Counted from the first letter of the stretch, positions 1 through 10,070 are shown. The stretch: 64,000 nucleotides of DNA from Dehalococcoidia bacterium (GCA_965197805.1 OZ240229.1:1638502-1702501), one strand, 5' to 3'. The notes: generated by a model from the letters alone, not told the origin. Made by a program: numbers and translations.

Positions 1-135
1 GGTCACGACACGGACCGGAACGGCTGGTGGATACTGGCGGGAGCCAGCCTCGCTCCGATAGGTTGTGTTCTCGGAGCGGTCGGATGTTATCTATTCGCCC
101 TTGGCTTGGGGCTAGCAATCTTCGGCGTTCTATAG
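1..135 (+). CDS. 3-prime end of a membrane protein, truncated by the window edge
   Basis: Frame 1 is open from base 1 to TAG at 133-135. The translation ...WWILAGASLAPIGCVLGAVGCYLFALGLGLAIFGVL is hydrophobic. It is not in the ORF track because it has no start in the window. Confidence 0.3.
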   Translation, partial: GHDTDRNGWWILAGASLAPIGCVLGAVGCYLFALGLGLAIFGVL

Positions 136-186
136 GGGCCACTGTTTGATCTCGGCGAAACCGTCACGTCGCCCTTTGGCGATAGC

Positions 187-450
187 GTGTCGGCATTATT
201 TCAGCTCGGATCCAGCTTCGCCGATCTGGCCGAAGAAATGGTCGGGGTGATGCTTCTGTTGGGACTGGCACTACTTGGAGTGGGCGTGATCGCGGGGATC
301 GCAGGTGGAGTGTTGGCGATAATGCTCTTGGTTTACCTGTCACAACCCGGCACACCGGGCGACAACAAATACGGCCCCCATACGGAGTCGGATCGAGGGC
401 AAGCAATGGATAAGGATTCCCGGTGGGACCAACACTTCGCAACTCACTGA
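187..450 (+). CDS. small inner-membrane protein, DUF805-like
   Basis: 87 aa with one long hydrophobic stretch followed by ...GTPGDNKYGP, which resembles the conserved C-terminal G-x-N-(R/K)-(Y/F)-G-P tail I recall for DUF805 proteins. The antisense ORF 164-442 looks spurious. Confidence 0.5.
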   Translation: MSALFQLGSSFADLAEEMVGVMLLLGLALLGVGVIAGIAGGVLAIMLLVYLSQPGTPGDNKYGPHTESDRGQAMDKDSRWDQHFATH

Positions 451-3173
451 GTATCAGATTTCCCCTGTCGCGCCGGGTTTTCCTCGTCGATGTCCGAGCA
501 ACCGCCTAGGTTACACGCCACCACCCAGTAGTAGTTGTTCAAATCCAGATCGGGATCCGCATGCAGATAGGTCACTCCCTCGACATCCGCAGCCAATTCC
601 TCGCAAAACCCTACAACGCTGCCTAGGCTTAGCCGACAACTTAACGGCGAATCAAAAGGTGTTTCACCGTGATAGAGCTTGTAAGAACTCGCACCTTCCA
701 CCGGGTCCCAACTGACCCTGATCGATGAACCTTCGACCTCCGTTCGCAAGTTGGTTGGTGAGTTCGGCCGTTCTTCAAAAGGCGCCGCCGGGTTTTCACT
801 ATCAAACTCCGAGCATCCAACATCGTTACACGCGACGACCCAATAAAAATCACTTTGTCGCGGATCGGGATCCGTATGCAGATAGGCAACTTCCTCAACG
901 TTCGTAGCCAACGCCTCGCAAAGCAGAACCGTGCCGTCCCGGGCCTGCCGACAGCGTGGCGGTGAATCGAACGGCGATACTCCATGGTAGACGGTGTAGT
1001 GGGCAGCGCCCTCAACCGCGTCCCAAACTACCCGGATCGACGCACCCTCGATGGCGAACCGCACGTTGGTCGCCGCGGACGGCCGACTTGCCTCGGGAAT
1101 TGCCGTCGCCGCCGGTTCAGGTGTTGTCATCTCCTCCTTTGGCGGCGAAACCTCAGTCATTGGCGTGGGAGTCGGCTCCGTCCCATCCGATGGCGTATCA
1201 GTCGGAGCCGGTGAAGGATCCGCACCTTTGGTATCGGGACCCGACGGCTCGGATCCCATCTGTCGCACCGGATTCTCTTCGTCTATGTCCGAGCAACCGC
1301 CTCGGTTACAGGCGACGACCCAGTAGAAGTTGTTGCGACCCAAATCGGGATCCGCATGCAGAAACGTGACATCATTGACGTGCGCAGCCAGTTCGTCGCA
1401 AAGCAAAACCGTGCCGAGTCGGCTCAGCTGACAACCCACAGCCGAATCAGTCCTGGATTCAACGTGGTAGACCTTGAAATAGTCCGCACCTTCGACCGGG
1501 TCCCAGCCGACCCGTATCGATGAATTCTCGACCACCGGGTGCACGTTCGCAGGCGAGCTTGGCCGGTCTTCAAATGGCTTCGCCGGATTCTCGACATCAA
1601 CATTCGAGCATCCGCCCCTGTTACAAGCCGATACCCAGTAATCGTATTGGCCGGATCCCTCTTCGTTATGAACAAAATCTGTCCCGACTACCGCCGTCGC
1701 CAACGGGAGCCTATCGTAGTAGACGTTGTAGCTGTCAGCACCTTCTACCGCCTCCCAGACTACCCGTATCGACGCACCTTCAATTGCGAATCGAACATCG
1801 GCAGGCGCGTCTGGCCTCTCTTCGATTGGCAGCGCAGGATTCTCAACGTCGACCGACGAACACGCGGTACCTGAACATGCGACCACCCAGTAATGGTTGT
1901 CGGGATGCCACACCATACCCGCATCTTCGTGGACGTAATTCGTTTCCAACACGTTCGATGCCAATTCATCGCACTTCGCCCCGAAACCATCGTCGCCTAC
2001 TTTGCAGCCCGAAGCACCGAGATAAACGTTGTAGTGTTCAGCACCTGCCACCGAGTCCCAAGTAACTTGGATTGACAATGCACCCCAGTCCCAGGCGTAC
2101 CGCAAGTTCGATACCGGCCCCAGATCCAACCGAATATGGATCGCATAGAAAACCGTGGCTTCCACGTCGCCACGCCACGAGGCACGCACCACCAGAGTGT
2201 AGTCGCCTAGCCCGGAGGTGAAAACGTGCGATGCCTCACGGCCCGCACCGAGGTCGACCGATTCAAGGTGATCCAACTCCGCGTGCCATTCGTCCCCCTC
2301 CTGGATTCCCGATACGTGGACGAAATCGTTTCCGTCGAGCCGCGGGTAGAGCCGTGCCTTGACGTCGCCCGGCGCATTCTCGCCGCTAAATTCAAATCCC
2401 ACCGATTGGTCGACCACCGTCATCAGCACATCGTCATCCAACGTGCTGCTGCCCGAGCTCGTGTTAAATTCATCAAAAATGCACCGATACCTTGCCGCGT
2501 CCGGCGAGACTGAACTTGCGCTGCCCGATACCGTCAAATCGTCCAACAAACGATCGCACTTCTCTTCATCAACCTCTATCGTTCCGTCAGCGCCACCATC
2601 ACCCCCGCAACCTGCCGCCACCAGGCGATCCCGCACATCCGGGGACATGTTCATCCAAGCCTCGTCTGTCGCAAAACCGTACTCCGCCAACTCTTCGAAC
2701 ATCCCAAACAGGAACTCCTCGTTCTCTCCGACCACGTCATCCGGTGAACCAGGATAACCATCCAACGCAGCTTTCGTCGCTCTTTGATTGGCCAAGACGC
2801 TTTCGTGCCAATCGGCGATCTCTTCCGGCGGATCATTCCCTTCCAATATCTTGATCGTTGCGTCGAACCCAGCCGACCATTCCCGGTAAGTGGAACCAGC
2901 CTCCTGATTAAAAACGCTTTGACCAGCTTTCGAAGCTTCGATACAGACTCGAGCATAGTCATCGACGGACCCTTCCGAACCGCGCGATCCGTCAGGTTGC
3001 GTTCCCGCTGATCGAGGCTCTTCAGTTCCGAGCGTAGAAGAAGACGAGGTCGACTCGTCTGTAACATCAGGAGGCTCGGCCGCGGGGGCCGGCTCATCCG
3101 AGCATCCTGCCGATGCAAAAGCGATCAAGACGCACAAGCTAAGTAAAACGGCTGCGGATTTAAGCGCGTACAT
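444..3173 (-). CDS. secreted lipoprotein with five Fn3-like repeat modules
   Basis: The N-terminus has a lipobox (LIAFASAGC). Five ~100-aa modules share SIRVxWDxVEGAxxYxVY...YWVVAC(N)xxGCSxxDxENPA, and a P/T/E-rich linker lies between modules. Confidence 0.85.
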   Translation of the reverse strand: MYALKSAAVLLSLCVLIAFASAGCSDEPAPAAEPPDVTDESTSSSSTLGTEEPRSAGTQPDGSRGSEGSVDDYARVCIEASKAGQSVFNQEAGSTYREWSAGFDATIKILEGNDPPEEIADWHESVLANQRATKAALDGYPGSPDDVVGENEEFLFGMFEELAEYGFATDEAWMNMSPDVRDRLVAAGCGGDGGADGTIEVDEEKCDRLLDDLTVSGSASSVSPDAARYRCIFDEFNTSSGSSTLDDDVLMTVVDQSVGFEFSGENAPGDVKARLYPRLDGNDFVHVSGIQEGDEWHAELDHLESVDLGAGREASHVFTSGLGDYTLVVRASWRGDVEATVFYAIHIRLDLGPVSNLRYAWDWGALSIQVTWDSVAGAEHYNVYLGASGCKVGDDGFGAKCDELASNVLETNYVHEDAGMVWHPDNHYWVVACSGTACSSVDVENPALPIEERPDAPADVRFAIEGASIRVVWEAVEGADSYNVYYDRLPLATAVVGTDFVHNEEGSGQYDYWVSACNRGGCSNVDVENPAKPFEDRPSSPANVHPVVENSSIRVGWDPVEGADYFKVYHVESRTDSAVGCQLSRLGTVLLCDELAAHVNDVTFLHADPDLGRNNFYWVVACNRGGCSDIDEENPVRQMGSEPSGPDTKGADPSPAPTDTPSDGTEPTPTPMTEVSPPKEEMTTPEPAATAIPEASRPSAATNVRFAIEGASIRVVWDAVEGAAHYTVYHGVSPFDSPPRCRQARDGTVLLCEALATNVEEVAYLHTDPDPRQSDFYWVVACNDVGCSEFDSENPAAPFEERPNSPTNLRTEVEGSSIRVSWDPVEGASSYKLYHGETPFDSPLSCRLSLGSVVGFCEELAADVEGVTYLHADPDLDLNNYYWVVACNLGGCSDIDEENPARQGKSDTQ

Positions 3174-3182
3174 GTCTGCTCC

Positions 3183-3686
3183 TCAGTTTGGTGCCGGTGA
3201 TAACCGGTCGATACGATCCAACACTCCCTCGAACAACCGTCGAGGAACCGACACCTCGGATAACTGGAAGATCAACCGCCGGGAGTGCCGAACCAGACGG
3301 CCTCCCATCTTGATCAGCTTGACCTGCACGCTCCGCAGCGACCAGTGCTTGAATGCCTTGGGCAGACACTTCCGGCGAAGGAAGTTCCCAAGGTTGTATC
3401 CCAGGACGAACAGGGACAAACGCACTCGGTTGGCCACGAAACGATGGCACGACAGCCGAGTCCAGTTCAGCGCGTACTTCTCTTCCTTGATCCACTGCTC
3501 GGCTGTCCCACGACCATTGTAGAATCGCACCACTCCTTCGGGGCCAGCCGTCATGTTCGTGACAATGAAGCCCACCCGCGGGAACAGCTCTCCCTGATGC
3601 CACTCCACCTTGGCCACCACCCGGCGTGCACGGTCCCAACTCTCAGCACGATACCAGAAGTCATCGTAAAATCGGGGGGGTGAACT
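3183..3686 (-). pseudogene. IS1380-family transposase, C-terminal fragment (5-prime truncated)
   Basis: The translation FYDDFWYRAESWDRARRVVAKVEWHQGELFPRVGFIVTN...YNGRGTAEQWIKEEK matches the conserved C-terminal third of IS1380-type DDE transposases. The reading frame is closed upstream next to a G7 tract at 3674-3680. Confidence 0.75.
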
Positions 3687-3903
3687 TCTGTGCTATCCCG
3701 CCAAGGGCGGAAATGCCCGGCGCGAGCGGCGCAGCGACGGCGTGGGCCGTCGTTCCGTCCTCCGCCTCAGCTGCATGGACCGGTCTGTCGAGCGCCATGT
3801 GAATGCCTCCCTCGCACAGGCGGGATGAGCGGAGCCTACGACCTCTTCCGCTGTCCGCAGGTGGAGTTGCAGCCTGTGATTCCGCTTACCCTTGTCACTC
3901 TTC

Positions 3904-4064
3904 TTACGCACATTCCCATGAAAACGGTAGCGGCTCTTCAAGGCTTTGGTAAGTGCCTAATCACACTTCTTGGCGAGGTAATCTGGACGGCATTTTGTTA
4001 GCTTTTAGAGAGTGTGTTTCTGCAACTTTTCGCTCTTGCCGACACAAACGAAAGTGGCTAGATT
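3904..4064. repeat. left copy of a ~160-bp imperfect inverted repeat flanking the two-component operon
   Basis: It shares the blocks GGTAAGTGCC.AATCACACTTCTTGG, CGGCATTTTGTT, AGTGTTTCTGCAACT and CACAAACGAAAGTGGCTAGATT with the reverse complement of 6126-6272. Confidence 0.7.
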
Positions 4065-4123
4065 GGTAGTCATAACCACACCGCCGTGGCACTCCATGTT
4101 TTCACACGCATACAGGAGAGGAG

Positions 4124-5395
4124 ATGTCTCAGGTGCCTCGCCGAAGCCGGGGCCTTCATCCAATCAGGACAGCCGCCAGCGTCTTCCGGATGAGCGGGTC
4201 GACGCTCATGCGCCTCGACCCGGACGTGGTCCGGTACGCCACGGGAGTCTCGGTCTGGGGTCGCTGGTTCATACTGGTTGTCACCCTGTTCCAGTTCGCC
4301 TACCGGCCTCTCTTCTGGTACCCCGACGGCATTGAACCCGACAACGTCGAATACACTTTCCCGCTTGTAGCGTTGGCCATGTTGAATGGCCTGGTCCACT
4401 ACCGGCTCCTGACGAACAGGTCGGTCACATGGCGCTGGCTGCTCCTCCTCAGCGCCATGGACATGGTCATGGCCACGGTGGGCATCATCATCCAGCAAGG
4501 ATTCGAGGGGTTCCTGTTCCTGGCCTACTACCCCGCCCTTGCGCTGTTCGTCGTGGTCTTCCCGTCGTTGTGGCTCGGGTTGGCATGGACAACGATGACC
4601 GCCGCTGTCTATACCATCGTATGTTTGACGGTCGGCCCCGGTCTCGACCTCGTTGCCGGCGAAGAGAAAGAGCTGCTGGTCAGGTTGGCGGCGATGTATG
4701 CCCTCGTGTTGTGCGTCAGTCTCGTCGTCCGATTCGAACGCAGCAGGAGGCAGGCGGCGGTGGAGCGGGAACGTGCGCTTCAACGAGAACGGATCGAGCT
4801 CTCCCAGACGATTCACGATACGACGGCGCAGTCCGCCTTCATGATCGGCCTGGGGATAGATGCGGCCAAACAGGTTGCCGGAGACGCGAACGAGGAACTC
4901 ACCGCCATGCTCGATGCGATCTCACGGCTTTCCAAGACCGCCGTCTGGCAGCTGAGACACCCGATAGACATGGGCCGCATATTCGAAGGCAATGAGTTGG
5001 GCTGGACCCTGGACTCGCACGTTGCGACGTTCAGCACCATAACGTCGGTGTCGGCGAAGCTGACCCAGAACGGGGTGGAGCCGCCACTTTCAGTAGAGGC
5101 CAGGAGTCTCCTGTTCACCATAGCCCACAATGCCCTCGCCAACGCCCTTCGCCATGCCGGGGCGAGCCTGGTGCTGGTCGATCTCGACTTCGGACGGGAT
5201 GAGATCATGCTGTCGGTGTCGGACGACGGGGTGGGGCTTCCCGACGACTACGAGGAGCGGGGCCACGGCTTCGGAAACATGCGGGCGCACGCCGGGCGTC
5301 TGGGCGGACGCCTTATCGTCGAGCCCACTGGATCGGCCGGGGGCGCGAGCGTGACCTGCGTGATGCCACTGACTCGTGGCGGGAAGGAGGACTAG
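4124..5395 (+). CDS. membrane sensor histidine kinase, NarL-partner (HisKA_3) type
   Basis: The N-terminal half is multi-pass hydrophobic. The H-box is RIELSQTIHDTTAQ, and the HATPase region reads NALRHAGA...DDGVGLP...GHGFGNM...GG. AGGAGAGGAG lies directly upstream of the ATG. Confidence 0.85.
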   Translation: MSQVPRRSRGLHPIRTAASVFRMSGSTLMRLDPDVVRYATGVSVWGRWFILVVTLFQFAYRPLFWYPDGIEPDNVEYTFPLVALAMLNGLVHYRLLTNRSVTWRWLLLLSAMDMVMATVGIIIQQGFEGFLFLAYYPALALFVVVFPSLWLGLAWTTMTAAVYTIVCLTVGPGLDLVAGEEKELLVRLAAMYALVLCVSLVVRFERSRRQAAVERERALQRERIELSQTIHDTTAQSAFMIGLGIDAAKQVAGDANEELTAMLDAISRLSKTAVWQLRHPIDMGRIFEGNELGWTLDSHVATFSTITSVSAKLTQNGVEPPLSVEARSLLFTIAHNALANALRHAGASLVLVDLDFGRDEIMLSVSDDGVGLPDDYEERGHGFGNMRAHAGRLGGRLIVEPTGSAGGASVTCVMPLTRGGKED

Positions 5396-5396
5396 G

Positions 5397-6047
5397 ATGT
5401 CAACGGAGTCTCGTCGCATAAGGGTGCTGCTCGCCGACGACCATGCGGTCACGCGGGAAGGTCTTCAGGTGATTCTGGAGCGGTCCGAGGAGTTCGAGGT
5501 GGTGGGCCAGGCCAGGGACGGAGTGGAGGCGGTGAAGGCGGCCTCCGAGCTGTCGCCCGACCTGATCGTCATGGATGTCATGATGCCCAAGAAGGACGGC
5601 GTGGAGGCGTGCCGGGAGATCATGGAGTCTCTGCCCGAGACACGGGTGCTCATGCTGACCGCCTCGACGGAGGCGAACGCCGTGATAGAGGCGGTGGCCG
5701 CCGGTGCTGCCGGCTACCTTCAGAAGGTGGCAGGGATGGACCAGGTCCTGGGCATGATGAAGAGCGCGGCTGCGGGCGAGGGGCGTCTGCCGACCGAGGT
5801 GGTGAGGCGGGTCTTCGACAGGTTTCGGAGCGGGGCGAGATCGAAGGACGTCAACCTGACCCAGAGGGAGAAGGAGATACTGGTGTCGTTCTGCCGGGGC
5901 ATGTCCTACGTTGCGATTGCGAAGGCCAGGGAAGTCAAGGTGGTCACCGTCCGAAACGCCATCTACACCATTCAGATCAAGCTGGACGTTTCCTCGAAGC
6001 AGGAGATCGTGGTGTGGGCCGCGCAGAACGGGCTGCTGGATGACTAG
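5397..6047 (+). CDS. response regulator, NarL/LuxR family (REC + HTH)
   Basis: The receiver domain reads RVLLADDH...DLIVMDVMMP...MLTA. The C-terminus carries a LuxR HTH (LTQREKEILVSFCRGMSYVAIA). The ATG at 5397 lies 1 nt after the kinase stop. The ORF-track start at 5376 overlaps the kinase and is less likely. Confidence 0.9.
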   Translation: MSTESRRIRVLLADDHAVTREGLQVILERSEEFEVVGQARDGVEAVKAASELSPDLIVMDVMMPKKDGVEACREIMESLPETRVLMLTASTEANAVIEAVAAGAAGYLQKVAGMDQVLGMMKSAAAGEGRLPTEVVRRVFDRFRSGARSKDVNLTQREKEILVSFCRGMSYVAIAKAREVKVVTVRNAIYTIQIKLDVSSKQEIVVWAAQNGLLDD

Positions 6048-6125
6048 CGACAGAGACTGCTTCGCCGACTCGCAGCGGATGCGCACTGCGACGAAGCGTA
6101 TCCGACGCCCAGCCGGTGACAATGT

Positions 6126-6272
6126 AATCTAGCCACTTTCGTTTGTGACCACAAGATCCAAGAGTTGCAGAAACACTCTCCCTCAGAGCAAACAAAATGC
6201 CGCCCAAGAAGTGTGATTCGGCACTTACCCAATCGGCGCAGAGCCTCTAGTGTTTCCATGGTAAGTGCATAA
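6126..6272. repeat. right copy (inverted) of the ~160-bp repeat flanking the two-component operon
   Basis: The reverse complement aligns block by block with 3904-4064. One ~12-nt indel is present. Both inner ends read ...CTAGATT. Confidence 0.7.
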
Positions 6273-6463
6273 GAACAATCACAGTCTGCCACGCTAGGAT
6301 CGGGGGTAGTTGCGTGCAGCAAGCCCGGCCAGTTCTCACCTTGCGGTCTCTGAGCCCGGTATCATCCAGCGATCGGTCGTCAGTATGCAATGTGACCGTG
6401 GAATGGAGAGTAAACAGTGCGGCGTGAAGCACTACAAGCCCATCACAACCGGGGAGGACCGCA

Positions 6464-8335
6464 ATGAGGTCCGACACTCCCACTCTGCGCCTAACCGGCA
6501 TTCTGCTTGGGATATTGCTCGTCGTCGCCGCCATAACCTCCTGCACCGACAGCACCGAGCCCACAGTGGAGGTTACCACAGTGGAGGTTACGCGTAGGCA
6601 GACTCCGGCCCCCGAGGCCGCTCTGACGGCTGCAACAGTTCTCCATGTCCCCTGGACGAGGTTGGAGTTCCGGGTTGTGCCTCGCGGTGTTCACCGAATC
6701 GAATTCGAAATGAACACGGAGGAGACTCTGGAGTATCACTACAGTCTTTGCTGTGGCCTTAGTGGCGGCGGTGACGGTCCTATAGGGGCTATGACCGATC
6801 TTGTGCAGAGCTTTACTGGTTCTCTGGACATTAGGCTGGCAATCACCGGCCCGTCAGGGGATGTGTTGTGGTCGGCAAGGACTGCCTCATACAATAACTC
6901 GACCACGGCCAGGCCTCCAGGTATCTACACTCTGGTGTTCGACAATAGCTACTCTCAATCCAAGGACAAGTCGATTAGCCTGGACTATAGGGTACTCCCC
7001 AAGGGAGTAAAGTGGGCTACCCCGCTTGCACCAACACCGGAGGCGACCCAGTGGCCTCTGCATTTTGCGGTTCGTTGGATTGAAGACCCGGCGGTGATCC
7101 AGGCGCTGGTGGACGCCGGGGCCGACGTCGATGCGAAGAACGACCATGGCGATACGCCTTTACATCTTGCGGCTAGTGGGAATGAGAACCTGGCGGTGAT
7201 CCGGGCGCTGGTGGACGCCGGGGCCGACGTCGATGCGAAGGACGCCGATGGCGACACGTCTCTGCATCTAGTGGTTGGATACAAGGCGAACCCGGCGGTG
7301 ATTCAGGCGCTGATGGACGCCGGGGCCGACGTCAATGTGAAGAACGCCGATGGTGACACTCCTCTGCATCTTGCGGTACGTTGGATTGAAGACCCGGCGG
7401 TGATCCAGGCGCTGATGGACGCCGGGGCCGACGTCGATGCGAAGGACGCCGATGGTGACACTCCTCTGCATCTTGCGGTTCCTTGGATTGAAGACCCAGC
7501 GGTGATCCAGGCGCTGGTGGACGCCGGGGCCGACGTCGATGTGAAGAACGACGATGGCGACACGTCTCTGCATCTAGTGGTTGGATACAAGGCGAACCCG
7601 GCGGTGATCCAGGCGCTGATGGACGCCGGGGCCGACGTCGATGTGAAGAACGACGATGGCGACACGTCTCTGCATCTAGTGGTTGGATACAAGGCGAACC
7701 CGGCGGTGATCCAGGCGCTGATGGACGCCGGGGCCGACGTCAATGTGAAGAACGCCGATGGTGACACTCCTCTGCATCTTGCGTCTCTTTTGAATGAAAA
7801 CCTGGCGGTAATCCAGGCGCTGATGGACGCCGGGGCCGATGTCGATGCGAAGAACGCCGATGGCGACACTCCTCTGCATCTTGCGTCTCTTTTGAATGAA
7901 AACCTGGCGGTGATCCAGGCGCTGATGGACGCCGGGGCCGAGGTCCATGCGAAGGACAACGGTGGCAGCACGCCGCTGCATCGTGCGGCTTTCGGGAATG
8001 AAAACCCGGCGGTGATCCAGGCGCTGGTGGACGCCGGGGCCGATGTCCATGCGAAGAGGGTCACTGGCCTCACGCCGCTGCATCGTGCGGCTGGTTGGAA
8101 CAATAACCCGGCGGTGATCCAGGCGCTGGTGGACGCCGGGGCCGACGTCGATGCGAGGGACAACCATGGCAGCACGCCGCTGCATCGTGCGGCTTATTGG
8201 AATGAGAACCCGGCGGTGATCCAGGCGCTGGTGGACGCCGGGGCCGACGTCGATGCGAGGGACAACGACGGGGACACGCCTTTGGATATAGCGGAGTCCA
8301 GAAGGAACACTGCCGCCATCAAGGTGCTTCAATAG
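6464..8335 (+). CDS. ankyrin-repeat lipoprotein (~13 repeats)
   Basis: The lipobox is VVAAITSC. A ~190-aa N-terminal domain is followed by repeats of consensus DGDTPLHLAxxxNxNPAVIQALxDAGADVxAKN. I counted 13 (T/S)(P/S)L(H/D) cores. Confidence 0.9.
   Translation: MRSDTPTLRLTGILLGILLVVAAITSCTDSTEPTVEVTTVEVTRRQTPAPEAALTAATVLHVPWTRLEFRVVPRGVHRIEFEMNTEETLEYHYSLCCGLSGGGDGPIGAMTDLVQSFTGSLDIRLAITGPSGDVLWSARTASYNNSTTARPPGIYTLVFDNSYSQSKDKSISLDYRVLPKGVKWATPLAPTPEATQWPLHFAVRWIEDPAVIQALVDAGADVDAKNDHGDTPLHLAASGNENLAVIRALVDAGADVDAKDADGDTSLHLVVGYKANPAVIQALMDAGADVNVKNADGDTPLHLAVRWIEDPAVIQALMDAGADVDAKDADGDTPLHLAVPWIEDPAVIQALVDAGADVDVKNDDGDTSLHLVVGYKANPAVIQALMDAGADVDVKNDDGDTSLHLVVGYKANPAVIQALMDAGADVNVKNADGDTPLHLASLLNENLAVIQALMDAGADVDAKNADGDTPLHLASLLNENLAVIQALMDAGAEVHAKDNGGSTPLHRAAFGNENPAVIQALVDAGADVHAKRVTGLTPLHRAAGWNNNPAVIQALVDAGADVDARDNHGSTPLHRAAYWNENPAVIQALVDAGADVDARDNDGDTPLDIAESRRNTAAIKVLQ
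7040..8290 (+). repeat. tandem 102-bp (34-codon) coding repeat array inside the ankyrin gene
   Basis: The landmark GCGGTGATCCAGGCGCTG recurs at 7091, 7193, 7295 and onward with a 102-nt period. Units 7538-7639 and 7640-7741 are identical at every base. Confidence 0.9.
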
Positions 8336-8815
8336 GCGATCGGTAACGCCGCACTGAGCGCGGGATTTCGGTTAAACCCAGGCGGCCAATGTCCCATCAG
8401 GGGTTCACCATGCGGATGCGCAATCGCGATGGGGCAGGGGTGATGAGAACGCTCTGAGCAAGGTTCGGTTTGGCCTGCATTGCGTTCCCGAGCGACCGAA
8501 GGGAGAGAGAACTGCCGCGCAGACCTGACTGATGCCCAAGATAGCACGGCAAGGCAGGAGGTTCCCTTGATCGTAGCAGGGCCTCCCGTTTAGTCGGCGG
8601 GCTTGTATTGAGTTCCAGTCAACAAGGGCGGTCCACGGCCCTATTACACTTCCAGCCGGAACCGCAATCCGAAAGTTCTTGATTTTATCAAGTCTGGTGG
8701 AGGAGTTGAAACTAGCGGCAGCAACGCTAGGAGAGCCGACCCGAGGGTCCGTCTTCCGCCCCATTGGGACGCACGGGGTTGCCAATCTGACTAGCAACCG
8801 GCAGGGGTGGGAGGT

Positions 8816-9850
8816 CTAGTTCGCGGCGGCGGGCGGCGTGGCCAGATGTTGCCGGACGCAATCTACAAGACGCCGCGCTTGGCCTTTGACGCCAGCTTTG
8901 TTCTCGTGGTCGAAGTAGAAACTGTAGGGTTCGATTGTACTGCCTTCGAACTTGACGCCGGAGGAGATCATCCCATCGTTGTATCCAACGTCATCGATGC
9001 GGTCGTAGGGCAGTTCTATCTCCCTGGAACCACCCCGCAACAGGAGGACACGGCGGTCTGTAGCGACTGCGATACCCTCGTGCCCTGTCCTGTTCCTCCC
9101 AGGGCCACCCATCGGGTCGAATCGGAAATCGTTGGGCAAGCCCCAGCGGCCTCCCAGCCAGTACTCAATGTTCTCGTCCTCACCAAGGATCTCGTGGAGC
9201 TTCTTGCGTTCACCTTCGTACTTCTTGAGATTGGCGCCCGAGACATTGGTAAGAAGGCGGCTAAGAAGTCCGGGATTCATCCGGCCGGCCATTGCGGAAC
9301 GGTCCTGCCACTGGGCGTCAATGCGTTCAGTTTTGCTCATTCCGAAACCTTGACCGCCCGATGAGGGAGCGACAGTTGAGCGAGGCGCGGTCTGGAGCTG
9401 CTGCACCAGTTGGGCGAAGCGGTGGCCCGCTTCGCCGTGGATATCCCGGATTTGGAAAGGGTCGTCCTGCCCCTCCCCCATCCAGGCCCAATTATGGATA
9501 CCGTTGCCAGCCACGGTCACTACTCCGACTGCGTGTTCCACTGCCGTGATGCTGGGCAATGGCATCTGAGTCACAAGTTTGTTGAGACCCTTGTGGGCGA
9601 CGAAGTGGACGCTGAGGTCGGTGACGATGGCGGCGCCCTTGAGCCTTTGCTGCCGGCTTATAAGTCCGGCGCCCTCGGCGAATGCCGACTCGGGGCCCCA
9701 AGTACAGCCCACCAGCCCCATGATGTTTTCATCTTGGTCCAGGAAGTCATAAATCAGCTTGCGCTCGCGGTCGTGATTTTCCTGACCCCATGAGAAAGCC
9801 TGCTGTACCCACTGGGCATCAACGCGGTCGCGCAGTTCTTTCGTCGCCAT
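8816..9850 (-). CDS. protein with two tandem bacterial PH-like (YokE-type) domains
   Basis: There is an internal duplication: DRVDAQWVQQ...LIYDFLDQDENIMGLVGCTWG versus ERIDAQWQDR...LHEILGEDENIEYWLGGRWG. Each copy is followed by a beta-rich segment (IAVATDRRVLLL...). The family assignment is from memory. Confidence 0.6.
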   Translation of the reverse strand: MATKELRDRVDAQWVQQAFSWGQENHDRERKLIYDFLDQDENIMGLVGCTWGPESAFAEGAGLISRQQRLKGAAIVTDLSVHFVAHKGLNKLVTQMPLPSITAVEHAVGVVTVAGNGIHNWAWMGEGQDDPFQIRDIHGEAGHRFAQLVQQLQTAPRSTVAPSSGGQGFGMSKTERIDAQWQDRSAMAGRMNPGLLSRLLTNVSGANLKKYEGERKKLHEILGEDENIEYWLGGRWGLPNDFRFDPMGGPGRNRTGHEGIAVATDRRVLLLRGGSREIELPYDRIDDVGYNDGMISSGVKFEGSTIEPYSFYFDHENKAGVKGQARRLVDCVRQHLATPPAAAN

Positions 9851-10070
9851 GGTTTAACCTCCTTGCTGGTTGCTCCGCTTAAACTACTTGTTGCTGAAGT
9901 TCACCCAGCGCGGCTCCTTTCGCCGCCTTGCCTCCATCTAAGAAAATTCCATCTCGCAAGCCCTATAAGGACCAGCGCGACCGGGTCATACAAGGGAGGC
10001 CAGCGCCGCAACGGATGCCCCCGCCCGCCTACACGGTCAATTATTACGCCGTTTACAGGCATTTTCACGA

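Noticed and set aside
5400-6122. 240-aa ORF antisense to the response regulator
   Set aside because: It is a shadow ORF. The plus strand has clear REC and LuxR HTH domains.
7303-8332. Long antisense ORFs (7303-8175, 7676-8332, 7268-7573) across the ankyrin array
   Set aside because: They are the reverse complement of a GC-rich, highly periodic coding repeat. Their translations are Ala/Ser/Arg-rich low-complexity sequence with no motif. The sense strand gives textbook ankyrin repeats.
8336-8815. Possible structured RNA (tmRNA, RNase P or SRP-like) in the 480-nt convergent intergenic region
   Set aside because: I looked for a tmRNA 5-prime GGGG...TTCGAC end, a tag reading frame ending in Ala-Ala-stop and a tRNA-like 3-prime end, and for RNase P conserved blocks. 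None is present. ORF 8405-8797 is also featureless.
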